In this document: in pieces, positions 40,942 to 54,429 of the stretch | How the letters are laid out: every line of letters starts with the position of its first letter | How positions within the stretch are numbered: position 1 is the first letter of the stretch | Assembly: GCA_035084275.1 (NCBI GenBank) | Contig: CM068743.1 | Location: 101,680,001-101,744,000 of the forward strand | Reading direction: 5' to 3' | DNA length: 64,000 bases | Source of the DNA: Hydrolagus colliei | Taxonomy: Eukaryota | Made by a program: the position numbers and the translations under genes | Notes under the pieces: generated by a model | Databases searched by the model: none | Seen by the model: only the letters and a program-made list of their open reading frames with translations | What the model was told of the DNA's origin: nothing

Positions 40942-41896
40942 TAGGGTCCGTCGATATGTAAATTTTCCGATTTAGATATATCGATGGGCTCATATCGAGA
41001 TATACCGAAATATTGATATTTTCGGGTTTTTCGTACTGCGCGTGCGCGCACGGCGCGCATTTGGAGTGCGCGCGCGTTCTGGGTGCACGCACGTTCCGGG
41101 TGCGCGCGCATTCTGGGTGCGCGTGCATTCGGGGCCTATCTCCTCAGGAGGTAAATATCTTTCTCTCTCTGTGTCTCTCACTCTCTCCATCTCTGTGTTT
41201 TTCTGTCTGTGTCTCTGTGTCTCTCTCACATCCCCCCCCCATCTCTATCTATCTGTATATTATCATATCCACCCCGTCTCTCCCCCCCCACCGCCGTCTC
41301 TCTCCCCCCCCTACCCCCCCAGCCTTCTCTCTCTCCCTTTTCCCCCCCGCCGTCTCTCTTCCCCCCCACCCCCACAGCCGTCTCTTTCCCCCTCCCCCCC
41401 CCCCCCGCTGTCTCTCTCTCCCCCCCCCCGCCATCTCTCTCTCGCCCCCACCCCACCCCCGCCGTCTCCCCCTCACCCCCACCCCCCCAGCCATCTCTCT
41501 CCCCCCCAACCCCCTCCAGCCGTCTCTCTCCCCCCAACCCCCCCCAGCAGTCTCTCTCTCCCCCCCCCCCAGCCGTCTCTCTCCCCCCCCAGCCGTCTCT
41601 CTCCCCCTCCCCCACCCCCCAGCCTTCTCTCCCCCCCCCCCCCCCCCACCCCTTGCATACCTGTATACTGTATTCGATGACTATGAATACAATATGGCGG
41701 CTTTGCACCTCGGTCTGTGCATTGTGTATAGAGATGAGCATTCTGGGTCTTGTAGTTCAGTGTGCTCGCATTCCGATTTTTTACCTCGATATATAGATTT
41801 TTCGGTATATCGATATTTTTGAAATGCCTATATCGACGTATCGATATGAAAATTATATCGGGTTTTAGCGATATATCGATATATCGCCGGACCCTA
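40942..41896 (-). mobile_element. Non-autonomous hAT element with internal C/T-rich minisatellite
   Basis: TIRs TAGGGTCCGTCGATAT / ATATCGCCGGACCCTA and a perfect 8-bp TSD TTGCCTAC (40934-41 and 41897-904). Strand is given relative to the 52324 element. Confidence 0.92.
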
Positions 41897-44800
41897 TTGC
41901 CTACCAATACAATCACCACATTTTACAGTATGTTCTCTGAAGCATTTTGAGACAGTCATCTGCAATATCAAATGTAAGGATTATTATAATCAGAATTGAT
42001 AATGAATTGGAGGAAAAACACTAAAAACGAATTTAAGTTCTTAAATGTTATTATTTATTAATAATATTTTTGTGGACAGTGGGCGAGGGGTCAGCCATGT
42101 ATACATATATATGAGGAAACCATCAGCATGTTGAAGAATATTCAAACGAAACTGAGAATTCCATGGATCCCATCTATAGTTGTTTATTGAATAAAATGTG
42201 CACTTCCTGCATCCCACTTACCTAATGGCAGAAAGTATTAGGTGCAAGTTGGCAAGAACAAGGCTTCAGACTGTGCATTCAGATACTGCTGGAGCCTAAC
42301 CTGCTGACACTGCATAGCTTGCCATGAAACAACAACAACAACTTCGATTTATATAGCTCCCTCCAATGCCGGATGGCGACTCAGAGCGCTTCACAATAAC
42401 GGATCCCGGGACTGTGAAAAGCACTGACTGATGAGCTTTCCTGCTGCTTGTCCAGGAGGGAACACATTACCCTTATCCTTACGGGCTTTGGCTTGCATGG
42501 TTAATGGGAGCTGAGTGGGAAGAGTCCCTGCCCTAATGACTGGTCTGCCCTTCTAAGCTTTGCCAATGAACCAGCCTGTCTATTCTTTAGATCTCTGGAG
42601 GTGTACAGACCCGCCTGGCTCAGGAGACCCCCACAGAGGATTGGCTGGATTCTGGCATTTCTTTGCCAAATATGTCACTTCAGAGCCAGTTCAGCTCCAA
42701 GGGAGTTCCCACTAATCTTCACTCACCCATCCACCCCCTCAAAAAAAGGATAAGTCAATGAAGCATATTAATTTTGTGTTTAAGATGACAGAGAAAGTTT
42801 ACAATATACCCTGGTTTAGCATGGGTCTGTATAGAGTGCATGTGCACTGTGTACGCATACTATTCCGAGAGCATGGTTTACTCTGGGTACTGACTGGCCA
42901 GCTTCCTGAACTATACTCATTTGTCTATGTGTATGAAATATCTGCTGATGTCACTTACTGCACATTTGGGAGCTGTCTGCAGAAAGCATCTGCTAACATC
43001 AATGGAGCTTCATGCATATTGTACACATGCACACAACATGCCCAAAGTAGTATCAGCAGTAACATGGTGATCTGGAAGAACTGACCAGTGGCCTTGACTT
43101 TTTAATGTGGAGTTTGAGGTTTTGGACTCAAACCGCTTCTTTTTAACAGTGTCCTCCTGAATATTGTTAGGTTGATGTTAGAATAAATATATTATTACAA
43201 TGTTGCCATTTCCCTCCCCCACTATTTCAGTATATAAGCTGAAAATCAATTCAGGAAGGGAATTCTGAATTTCCTGGGCTGATCAGGAGCCTAATACTTG
43301 ACAGTTTCTCGAAATGGACAATGAAATATTGGAAACATGCATAGAGGAAATCCATATACTCATTAATAAATTAATAATAATCTTTTGATTTAGCACCTGT
43401 CATGGCAAGAGGCTATCTCAAAGTGCTTCGCAGGATTTTGCTGGCAATTGTAGTGACTATCGGGGAATGCAGCAGACAATTTGCTCACAACATGTCTCAC
43501 AAACAGCCAACTGAAAGATCAGTTTTGTATCTGGAGGATTGTTGGCCAGGTCACTGGGAGAAATTTCTCGTTTCAAAAAGTGCCATGGTATTTTTTACAT
43601 CCACCTGAATCGGAAGATGGGCATTAGTTTAACTAGTCTAATTCGTTGGTCAGCACCTCCCATCCTACAGCTTCTCCCAGAATACAGCACACACCAACAC
43701 TGTCTGAGAGACAGCCGAGACTTTGATTTCCAAATGCCAATATGACACTCAAAAATATCCTTTTTAAACAAAAATGTAATCATGTCAAGAAGGTGAACGG
43801 TTTTTGACTTTTGTCATTTATTTATAATAGAAACATTGACATTTCATCAATTACTAAACAGCTTCCATTTGTCAAAAGCTAACTTTGACAAAAGTGGTTC
43901 AGTGAGAGCAACCACTTGGTTCATATATTGAGATTTTCGAGGTGCTTTGAGTGCAGTGCGAATATTATTGTACCTATGAAAATAGTATTGAGCGCTGTGC
44001 AGGTGGCAGAGAAGCTGAAATGCACTTATCAAGGATCCAACATATTTCAACTGCCAAATAGATGACCTATGTCTTTCTTGTACAAACCACTGCGTAATGT
44101 CTGTCAGGTACATGTATCTGTTTCTGCTTTGACAGAATATCTGTTGTACATGAGTTTGAAAGCAGTTTGATGCTGCAATGGGAGGATGGTACAGTGGGTA
44201 TTCTGGAGGATTAAACTTGTGATACATTAAAGATACTGCAAGTATGTTACTCTGCCTTCTGAGAACTCTCCACCATTACAATCTTTTAGAGCAGAGCCCC
44301 CACAGTCTGCGTAATAATCCTTGCATTTGGTATAGAGCCTCATCACGTTGTTGAAACATTTCAAAATGCTTCAAAGATTTTACTGTAAAGTATAGTGGCT
44401 GTTTATTTTGTTAAGCGAGCACACCAGCCAATTTGTGCACAACAATGTCCCATAAACCTCCATGAAGTGAATGACTGATTCTTTCTGGGACATTGTTGGC
44501 CAGGACCCCTAGAGAAACTGCCTCCTCTAAATAGTTCCCCTCAGATTCCTTATTAAGGAATCCTTTTAGAAAATACCATGTATGGAACCCCATTGAGTCA
44601 AGGCTATATTATGGTGAAAACATTAAAATGTGTCTTGGCAAAAAACAGCTTCTCTCTCTCCATTTCCTTGTGCAGAGTTGAAAAGGATTTGTTTTAAAAA
44701 AAGGGTTGTTCTTAATCTGATCATTGGTTATCTTTTTTGCTCAATGTAAAATGTGAAAATCCAGGTAACTGGGATCACAAATCTGTGAAGAGAAGTAACT

Positions 44801-46809
44801 GATCTCCATTTGAACAGCCAGAAGTGCTATATTCTGTTGACCATAAATGTAGTGAAAGCAACATCAATAATTAATGATCCAATTAATAGTTTACACAACT
44901 TTGTATTGAGTTGTCAAAGTGATTGAAAGCCCACTAGTGTTCAAGTCTCTTGCTGCCAGTTCAATGCACTGAATCAGCAGTTTAGCAGCAGCTATCTGGG
45001 CTATGTTGCAGCTTTCTGTTGGTAAGGATTGCTGATGCTTTGAATTTAATCCTGTGAAGTGATTCCTAGCTTTAGACTAGAGTGGTAATGTCGGAAGTCT
45101 TGTTTTATTAAAGTAAAGACTCCCCCAATGACTCAGCAAGTTTATCCAGTGAATAGCAGAACTATACGAACATCTTCTCCTCCACTCCTCGCTTTCCCCC
45201 CCACCACACCTTTTCTTCTCTTTTCCCTCCTGACAGCTCTTTTCCTCTCTTCCTACAACAACTTCTCTCTTGCTCTCCCCTCTGACATCTCCACTCAGTC
45301 TCTCGCCCCTCTGAAAGCACCCACTCCCTCTCTCTCCCCTCTTGACACCTCCACTCCCTCTCTCTCTTCCTTCCTATACCTTTCTGTACCTCTCTCCTAA
45401 CACCTCAACCCTCTCCTCTCCTGACACTTCCTTCTCTCATCCCTCACCCCGCTGATATCTCCTCTCCTTTTTTGTGCTCCCTCTCCACCTCAACAACATT
45501 CTATTAAGTGTTTTGAGACAACCCCCTGATGTGAAAGATACGTCCTCCTAACATGAAAGGTGCTCTGTAAACGTAATTTTGTTGTTGTATATCACACGTA
45601 ATGATTATTGTTGTCAATTATAACACCCTAACGCCAGGTGTATGCCATTGATATAGCTTGTAGATCACTTGCTGGTTAACAGGATACCAAGTTTTCACTG
45701 GTAAAAGAAAAACACAGAGTATCCTTCTAACTGACAGTCTGAAGCCAAGAAATAATGTCCATTTCCACGAATTGTAGCTTCACAAAGCTGTGCTGTAAAT
45801 CAACTGTGCTGCTGAATGGACTTAATAGTGTAAATGTAAGATGTGTTGCATGAGGAAAGGCATGCAGAGGTGATAGCGTTAGCATTGCATGGGAAAGAAG
45901 TAAAGATAGTACATAATACTTTGGCACACAAGAGTTTAGCCTTTCCCTGTCAGTAGTTCTATCAATCTTTGACCGCAGGCACATTCATTGCCAGAGATGG
46001 GTGAAATTACAAATGCAGGAAGGCTAACCCCAATATAGTGCAACAAGGAGAGGATGAACCAACAATAGCACTGGCAAGCAGCAAATGTTGGATGTTTGTA
46101 CAATGTAGTCCAAAAATAAAATGTTGGCTGGCATCATTCTGCACGAACAAGCAGAGAATTGCTGAATGGGGCCAAACAAAATGGTAACATTTTCTTCAGG
46201 ATTTCTGAAATCTATTGATTGAACTATCACTCTATCAAATAAGAGGGGGTAAATCATCATTGTCAGTCAGATTAGAACGCTGAGAAGGCAGCTTTGAGTA
46301 TCCACTGCGGTTACCATGTGGTTATCAATTGCTCATAGACGCCCCCGGGCATGCAGGGCACTATTTAAATGCAAGTTGTTGTAACTGTGCATCCATATTA
46401 ACCCCAATAACAGTGGATTTAGTGCCAGTAGAATATGATTGTTCTTTAATTTGTATTTACATAACTTGTAATGGAAATTAATCAAATAAAATGGCCTTAG
46501 GTTTGTACAAAACAGAAATAGACTATTGGCTATCTCCAAAGTAAAAATAAAAATACATATATTATTCTATTTCTCATGCCATAGGAAAATAGGACTAAGA
46601 GTAGGCCATTCAGACCATTGAGCCTGTTTCACCATTTAACTAGATCATGGCTAATCTGTATCTTTACAATCCTGTCAATTCCAATTTTCAGCTTTTTACC
46701 TGTATCCCTTAATAACCCGACCTATCAAAACATGTTCAACCTCACTCTTGAAGGTATGGGACGTCCTCCTGACGTGAAAGGCGCTATACAAGTGGAATTT
46801 TGCCATTGA

Positions 46810-47935
46810 GAGGTAAGCGGGTGCAGAGAAGTGGAGGGATTTGAAAACAAGGGTGAGGATCTTGAAATCGATCCTCTCTGGGACAGGGAGCCAGTGAAGT
46901 TTGGCAAGGACTTTGGTAATGGGAGAGCGAAGTTTGGTGCGGGTGAGAATGCGGGTGGCAGAGTTTTTAATTAGTTGGTTATTATGGATTATGGTGGAGC
47001 GGAGATCGGCGAGGAGGGCATTGGAATAGTCCAGCCGAGAGATGACAAAAGCATGGACCAGGTTTCAGTGGCTTTTGGTGCGAGATATTGCTGGAGACAG
47101 GCGATCCGTCGGAGGTGCAAAAAACAGTGCTGGTGAGGGACCAGATGCAGAGGAAAGGAAGGATAGTTGGGGGGGTCGAACCTGACACACTGGGTTTGGA
47201 GAGTTTTTGGGGAAGGCTGGGAAGGTGAAGGAGGTGAGAGCCATGCGATTGAAGACGTTGACGCGAGCCAAAGAATATAGCTTCCGTCTTGTCAACATTA
47301 AGCTGCAGGAAGTTCACGCGGACAGGTCCAGGAGGATAAGGAGGTAGAGGGAGCCCTGGTCACAGATAGAGAGGACATTGTTTGGGACTTTCATAAGCGT
47401 AGTCTCTGTACTATGGGCAGGGGAGAAACTGGACTGGAGGGGTTTGGAAAGGGAGTGGGAGGAGAGGTAGGCATGGAGTTGGTTGGCAACAATATGTTTG
47501 AGTGCTTTGGCAAGGAAGTGCAGTTTTGAAATAGAATGGTAGTAGCTAGGGTTTGAGGGATCTAGGGAAGATTTTTTGAGGAGTGGGGTGATGGCAGCAG
47601 CTTTGATGGGGGCAGGGACTGATCCTGTGGAGAGGGACTGGTTGATGATGTCAGCCAGCAGTGGGCAGAGGAGGGGGAGCTGCGTGACCAGTAAGTTGGT
47701 AGGAAGAGGGTCGAGGCAGCAGGTGCTTGGCTTCAATGAGTTGATGGTGTGTGAGAGGCAGGAAGGAGAGACGGGGGAGAAGGAATGTAGGAAGATGGTC
47801 GTGGTAGGAGCTGATGACGAAGAGGGTGAGGGAGGATGGAATGGGGGTGGGGGGTCGGCGACGAGAAGCAGAAGAATGAGAGGCTGCCTGGTGGATATTG
47901 TGGATTTTGGAGGAGAAGAATTATATGAATTGTAT
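46810..47935 (-). mobile_element. L2 LINE ORF2 internal fragment with deletion of the RT core
   Basis: KPSTCCLDPLPT...HSTETTLMKV...LILLDLSA joined directly to NFLQLNVDKTEAI. Confidence 0.88.
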
Positions 47936-50220
47936 AAATGTAAGATTATATGAATATATGATATATGATATATGATATAAGAATTTACTGACCCTATCTG
48001 CCTCTTCCCCTACCTGGTGAGAAGTTGCAGACATGGTGGATGAAACAAAAATAATAGGAATCTGTTGCTAGTAATCCATTGATATTCGAACTCTCGGATT
48101 AACAATCAGGATTAATTCTTCTTTTCAGTTCAGCTGTTCATGCATGAACAGTGGGCCATGTTCTGCAAGAAAAGATTGTCAAACTGTTGCAGTGAGTTTA
48201 ACAGAAGAAAACATGGAAAGAGAAAAGGCTGTTATGTTTGCTCTTTCTTTCGACAATAAACCTATTGTGGAGTCAGAAGATTGAGTTCTTTGAGTCAGAA
48301 GATTATGAGTTTGAACCCTACTTGAGGACATTGAACTCACAGTCTAGGCTGACACTAGAGGGCAGTGGCTTTGTTTTATCAAAGATGTCAATCTTTGGAT
48401 GAGGCTTGAATTTGGGTTCTATCTGTTCAGGTGAACATTAATGAGCCCATGGAACTATTTGAAAAGAGAATCACATTCCTCTCAATGTCCTAGCCAACAA
48501 TCCCTCCAAATAAAAAAGGTCATAGATTATTGCTGTTTGTTGGACACTGCTGGTAGGCAAATTGTATGTCCCTTATACCTACAAATCCACAATCACTGCT
48601 CTTCACGGTAAAATCCTTTGAAGCGTTTCAAGACATCTTGATAATGCAATAATGTTCATTAGCAAATGCAAGGATAGTTTCATCATATCAGATACACAGA
48701 CTATAATCCTTTTTTTTTAATCACACTACCTCCTGGTGAAAATTCTTTTAAATGTTCCCCAATCTCGAAAGTTAATCAAGTCAACACTCTAAACTGCTCC
48801 CCTCCACTTTCTCCTGCCCCGTCCCTTCCCACCACGACCTAGGATTCCTATTGCTGACTGATACCCAGCAAACCCTGCTGTAAGTGGATATGGGTGCATG
48901 GGTGGATATTGAGTTAGTTAGGATCAGAGTTAGCTGTGACTGGAAGGATGAATGCTGTATAATCTCCTGTTTAAGAGCCATTCATTTGGGTTTCAGTCTT
49001 GTTCCCAAAACCACTTCCTGGAAAGCCATCCAATTCCTCCAATTAAAAACTTTACATCCAGAAATAAAATTCCATTCCAGAGCAGACCCCATTTTCTCTT
49101 AGTGTCTCTTATCAGAGATAAATATTGTTGCAGTGTATATTTCAACCATTTTCAATCCATCTATCATAAGACTGCACTACTGCAGAAACCTGAAATATAA
49201 TTATTTTATAAATCCTTGGGGGTTTATTAAATGATGGCTTTAAAATGTGCTTAAAAATACCAGCCCCCTCTCGACTTTAAGAATAATTACAGCTTACGCA
49301 AACCCATTGAAAAGCTCTGGGGACTTTGCATCTCCACCTGAATTCTATCAGAGTGGAGATGGTGTTTTAACTGCTGAAAAATACCTTTCTGAGTTTATTC
49401 AACAACAACTACAACAAAATGTGCACTTTATATTGTGCCCGTAGTAGGAAAATATCTTGGAACTAGGTCGAATCAGTATCTTGTGATTAAGCCTTGGAGG
49501 ACAATTTCCAAGCTCACAAATAGCAGAAAAACCTCGCTGAAATAAGCTGAGACAGGAAGTTTCATTCTCAAAAATGGTCCCTTCCAAGTGTGAAGTTAAG
49601 CACTGCGACACTGAGCGGAGGGGGCGGGCAGCTTGGTAAGGGGTTAGAGGGGCACAATATATATGTTGTTGAACCTGTTGCATTTCTGCCATTTTGAGAG
49701 CTACTGTTATTCAAAAGTTGGTTGGTTTCAAAATACAATTTAATGCTGTTCCTTAAATAGGATAAGGAATGTGTTTTTGATTAATACACTTTTGATCCAT
49801 TTGTTAGTCACATACAGATGTGAAATGAAAGGTAAGGTTCTTAGGTGACTATCTGCTGAGGACAGTTTAGACTTCAGCTGATCATCAACATTCTGTAAAT
49901 TCATTTTTATGAGAGGAATTAATAGTTTTCTTTTGTAAAAATAATAATAATAAGCTTTGCATTATCAAGTCAGAAACGTCTAAAAGCACTTCACGGGATT
50001 TAATGGGAAATGGAGTGACTGCATGTTTGTAGGCAAACACAACAACACAATTGCGTACAGCAATGTCCATAATGGCCACAAACAGCCATGAAATGAGTGA
50101 CTAATTTTAATTGGGGGATTGTTGACCCGGACACTGGGAGAATCTCTCTTCTCTTAATATCTTTCAGGATTTTTAACTGTTATAATAACTTCTTACAATT
50201 TACTCTGTTCACCCCAACTT

Positions 50221-50465
50221 ACAACAACAACAACAACAAAATTACACTTGTATAGCGCCTTTCACATAAGGAGGACGTCCCAAGGTGCTGGACAGTCACT
50301 GTTTCAGACCCGAGCTGGGGACAGTGGTGGGAGGGAAGAGGGGGATTAGGAGTTGCTGATGGGACCATCGAAGAGGAGAGTCTTGAAACGGGACTTGAAG
50401 GAAGCCAGGGAGAGGACGAGGTGAAGGGACTGTGGCAGGGTGTTCCAGAGGTTGGGGACAGAGAT
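50221..50465 (-). mobile_element. L2 LINE 3' end
   Basis: (AAC)n tail and 3' UTR. Confidence 0.85.
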
Positions 50466-52323
50466 GACCTGATTACTGTATTGTTTTCCCAAGCACAGGT
50501 ACATCGCCCCAATTTCTGCTTCTATTCTGTTGATTTGATGTAAAAAGTAGAATACACATAAGGACTATTTAAATCGTTGTTTGACCAATTTTCATAGATA
50601 AATACCCATATTTGGGAAGAAAGTCAGTTGGTAAAAAATAATTAAACTTTTTTGGGGGTCAGCCAGGTGACCGACAAATGTGAAAACCCATCACTGTGCT
50701 TAAGAGTATCCAGATCAAGCTGAGATTTCCATGCATCTTGGCACTTTGGAGCCAGTTCAATCCCTATGAGACCCCTGTGTACATCGCCCACCTACGTAGG
50801 ACAGGTGGATATTAACAATAACAGCAACTTTTATTTATATAGCGCCACTCACGTGGGGTAGTGTCCTGGAGTGCTCCGGAGCGCTTGACTGCGGTGGAAT
50901 CTGATCCCATGACATTCCATACTATACCAGGAGAAACTCAGTTAAATCCTGGCCAAGAATCTGCTAGATAAATTGATCACCTGCTTCATGGCTGTTTGTG
51001 GAACATTGCTGTGTGCAGATTTGCTGCGCTGTTTGTTTCTTAATACATGAATACTATTTTTGATACAATTTCTCTTGTGAAGTGCTTTGGGACATTTCAA
51101 TGTTACAGGCACTTGAGAAATCTAGAAAGACGTGAAAAGTACTACCGTATATCAAATTCAAGGATTATTATTATTATATGAATATGTTATTTTGATTGTT
51201 TTAGCTTCTCTTTAACCACCTTCCTACCACTACTCTCCCTACCCTCCACCATTCCAGATCCCAACCTCCAGCTGGGGTCCCAAACTCTGACTGTCTTGCA
51301 CCTTGGGATATTGTCCCAATTTGAAAGGTGCTATACAAATTTTTGTTCTTCTTCACAGTTAACTGCAGTGTAGTTTTCAGTTCTGGCAAATCGTACAATA
51401 GAGTAGAGTTTCAGTATTTCAACGTTTTCATTGCGAAAGGGAGACTGTATTTAATCAACAAATCATGCATTATGTTTTTGTTCATTCCACCCCACCATTG
51501 GCAGGCAGGCCTTCAGCCGCTTTGCCCCCACCTTCTGGAACTCCATCCCACATTTCTTTTGTCTTCCTCCCTCCCTTGCCTCCTTCAAGGCACTCCTCAA
51601 GACCCTTCCCATCGACCATGCCTTCCCCTCCTACCCTCTTAGCCACTCTGCCATCTACTCTCCCTGATCCCAATCCCATCCACCACCCCCCAACCCTACC
51701 CCCAACCCCCCCACCCCCCCCCCAATGCAATGCTTTACAAATGCAATTTTGTGTTGTTTGAATAAAAGATAAATAAGAAAAGACAAGTAATGCCAGTTCA
51801 CAAAAGTTTTTTTCCCCTGTTTTTCTCCTTTGGAGAAAGTAGCCATGTCCAGTGTAGGGTTTAGGGTTTGTCACTGGGATTGTATGACCTTAAACTGGGT
51901 ATCTCTGCTCCTAAAGGAAAAAAAAACGTTGCCTTACTGGATTACAAATGCTCTTAGTAGTTTAATCAGCTTGTTTCTCAGAAGCTGCTAATCGCTTACA
52001 ACTTCACCTATAGCTGCCATCTTTGTTTTACTGTCACTCTTTAGCCCCAATTGGTTATTCAGGACTGTTATTCTGAGCATGTCCCATTTAATGTGTAAAA
52101 AGTAAAAGGCATCACATAGTAATTGGAAAGTGTGTCTGTTCTGTCCATCAACCTTCTATTCCTTGCATTTGATATTATGCCTATTATGTGGCTTTTCATG
52201 AAGTGTAGTGACTCTATATTTGTACACCAAATTTGTAGCCAATTTGTACACTGAGGTCCTAGAAACAGCCATGATGTGAATGAGGAGGATTGATGGCTAG
52301 TACTAGTAGAAATAGGTTTCACG

Positions 52324-54098
52324 TAGGGAATGGCGATTAATCGGTTTTTCGATTAAACCCGATGTGATTTTCACATCGGTGTGCCAATATGGTAATTCTA
52401 AAAAACCTGTTATATCGAGGGATTCGATTTTAAAAATATACATCGATATATTTTTAATATCGTTCCTGGCAATATATCAATATTGTTGGTATTATCAGTG
52501 TAATGCGATCTTTTCCAGCTTACCTTGTCGCCGGCATTGCAACCTCCTAGATCTAGAGCATGGAATGCGCGTACATTCGGTGCGCGCGCACAATTAACGG
52601 GCGCCCACGTGAGTCGTGGCGTCTTAACAAAGTCGCATCGCTGAAAATTGTAGTTTGAAAATTTACCTTTCTCATCATGGGGAAAAGAAGCCCCGTATGG
52701 GACACTTTGAAAACAATGCAGTCAGTAATGGTGTGTATAGATGTACAGTTTGCAAGGTCTTGGTTAAGACATCTGATTCGAGCAGGAGCAACCTGCGACA
52801 ACACATTAAGCAGCACCACCCCGCCCAGCGCGCTGCCCTCAGAGCGAAATCATTGTCCGCAACAGCAGGAAGTCGAACCAGCGCTTCGGAGAAAGCGACA
52901 GGTAGTGGGGCCAGTGCAGCTCAAACAATTCCTGCTTTATTTAAGAGGAGAACATTGTACCAGAGAGGGGACAAAAAGTGGCAAAGTATCACGAACGCTG
53001 TCACTTTTTAAGGAGAGCTTGCCAATGGCGAAGGACATTAATTCAGACTTCAGACTACATAAAAATAAGTGGCATTTTGTGGCTGTGTTATTTTTGTGTG
53101 TGAGAGAGTTAGAAGCCAAACTATCACTGCCTCTATGTGTGTGTCTAGTCAGACACACACATAGTGATAATCTGGCTTCTAACTCTAACAGTCAGACTGT
53201 CTGTCTCTCTCTTTTCTATTGTAATAGATCTCATTTACACGTGGACATTACATGCTAGTTTCAAGCAAGAAATGGAGGAGAATAAATCTCTAGATTTTGT
53301 TTTTGGTGTGTGTGTGTTCTATTTTGAGAGAAGGAGAGGGGGAAAGTTGGGAGAGAAGGAGAAAGGAAGAGAGGAGAGGGAGGGAGAGAATGAGAGGGGG
53401 AAAAGGAGGGAGAGAAGGAGCGAGGGGAAAGGAGGGAGGGAGGGAGAGAGGGGAGGGAGAGAAGGAGAGGGGGAAAGTTGGGAGAGGAGAGAGGAAGAGA
53501 GAAGAAGGAGGGAGAGAATGAGAGGGTGAAAGGAGGGAGAGAAGGAGAGAGGGGAGGGAGGGAGAGGGGGAAAGTTTGGAGAGAAGGAGAGAGGAGGAGA
53601 GGGAGGGAGAGAAGGAGAGGGGGAAAGGAGGGAGAGGAGACAGGGAGAGTGGAGGGGGAGGGAGAGGGGAAAGGAGGGAGAGAAGGGAGAGAGGGAGGGA
53701 GTGAAGGAGAGAGGGGAAGGAGAGAGGGGAGGGGGGGAGAGTGGAGGGGGAGGGAGAGAAGGAGAGGGGAAAGGAGGGAGAGAAGGAGAGAGGAGAGGAG
53801 GGAGAGAAGGAGAGGGGGAGGTAGGGAGCAAACAACATCGTATAATTCAACAGACCTTGACACCAACATTACAAACTTTCTGGACCTAGAGCACGCATTT
53901 CGAAATGTGCGTGCACCGCGACTGCGCGCGCATCGTCAGTGCGCACGCACCGCGACTGAGCGCGCGCGCGCGCCATCAATGCACGCGCACTTCGAATGCA
54001 CGCGCATGCGCAGTATAAAAACTCGATAGATCGGTTTAAGCAGGTATGAGCCAACCGATATAACCATATCCGGAAAAATCCCATATCGCCGTTCCCTA
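52324..54098 (+). mobile_element. Internally deleted hAT transposon, 1775 bp
   Basis: TIRs TAGGGAATGGCGAT / ATCGCCGTTCCCTA and a perfect 8-bp TSD GTTTCACG (52316-23 and 54099-106). Contains a BED finger remnant and a G/A-rich repeat at ~53325-53825. Confidence 0.93.
52677..53011 (+). pseudogene. hAT transposase N-terminus (BED zinc finger), frameshifted and truncated
   Basis: MGKRSPVW, a 1-nt frameshift near 52702, then HFENNAVSNGVYRCTVCKVLVKTSDSSRSNLRQHIKQHHP...YQRGDKKWQSITNAVTF*. This gives the WxxF, CxxC and NLxxHxxxxH BED signature. No DDE domain is present. Confidence 0.85.
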
Positions 54099-54429
54099 GT
54101 TTCACGTGGCCCTGTAACATCCATCTCAGTTTTAGATTTAATCTGAAGGATGATGCAGTGCACCCCTTATCCCACCTCAAATGTCAACCTGCTCGGCTAT
54201 GAGCCCATGACGTACCAACTCTGGATTATGACTCAAAGACAAAGGTGCTACCAACTGAGCCAGGATGATACCTCTATCATCATAGTGAACATAGTGAACT
54301 GCAGGTTGCCCCCATTATAACACATGAACTCAGACTCCATGTTCGAATGATGTTGGTGGCCTCACGTTAAGTCACCACTTTCTGTACCCTATGCACAGAA
54401 AATGTTGCGAATGCAGCCCCTGTACAATC

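Noticed and set aside
41013-41919. Long Pro-rich and Gly-rich ORFs on both strands
   Set aside because: They arise from a stop-free C/T minisatellite inside a hAT element and are open in most frames.
45150-45500. C/T-rich degenerate repeat with a 90-aa ORF
   Set aside because: It is low-complexity sequence adjoining an L2 3' end, with no coding signal.
53164-54029. Long Glu/Arg/Gly and Ser/Pro/Leu ORFs
   Set aside because: They are translations of the G/A simple repeat.
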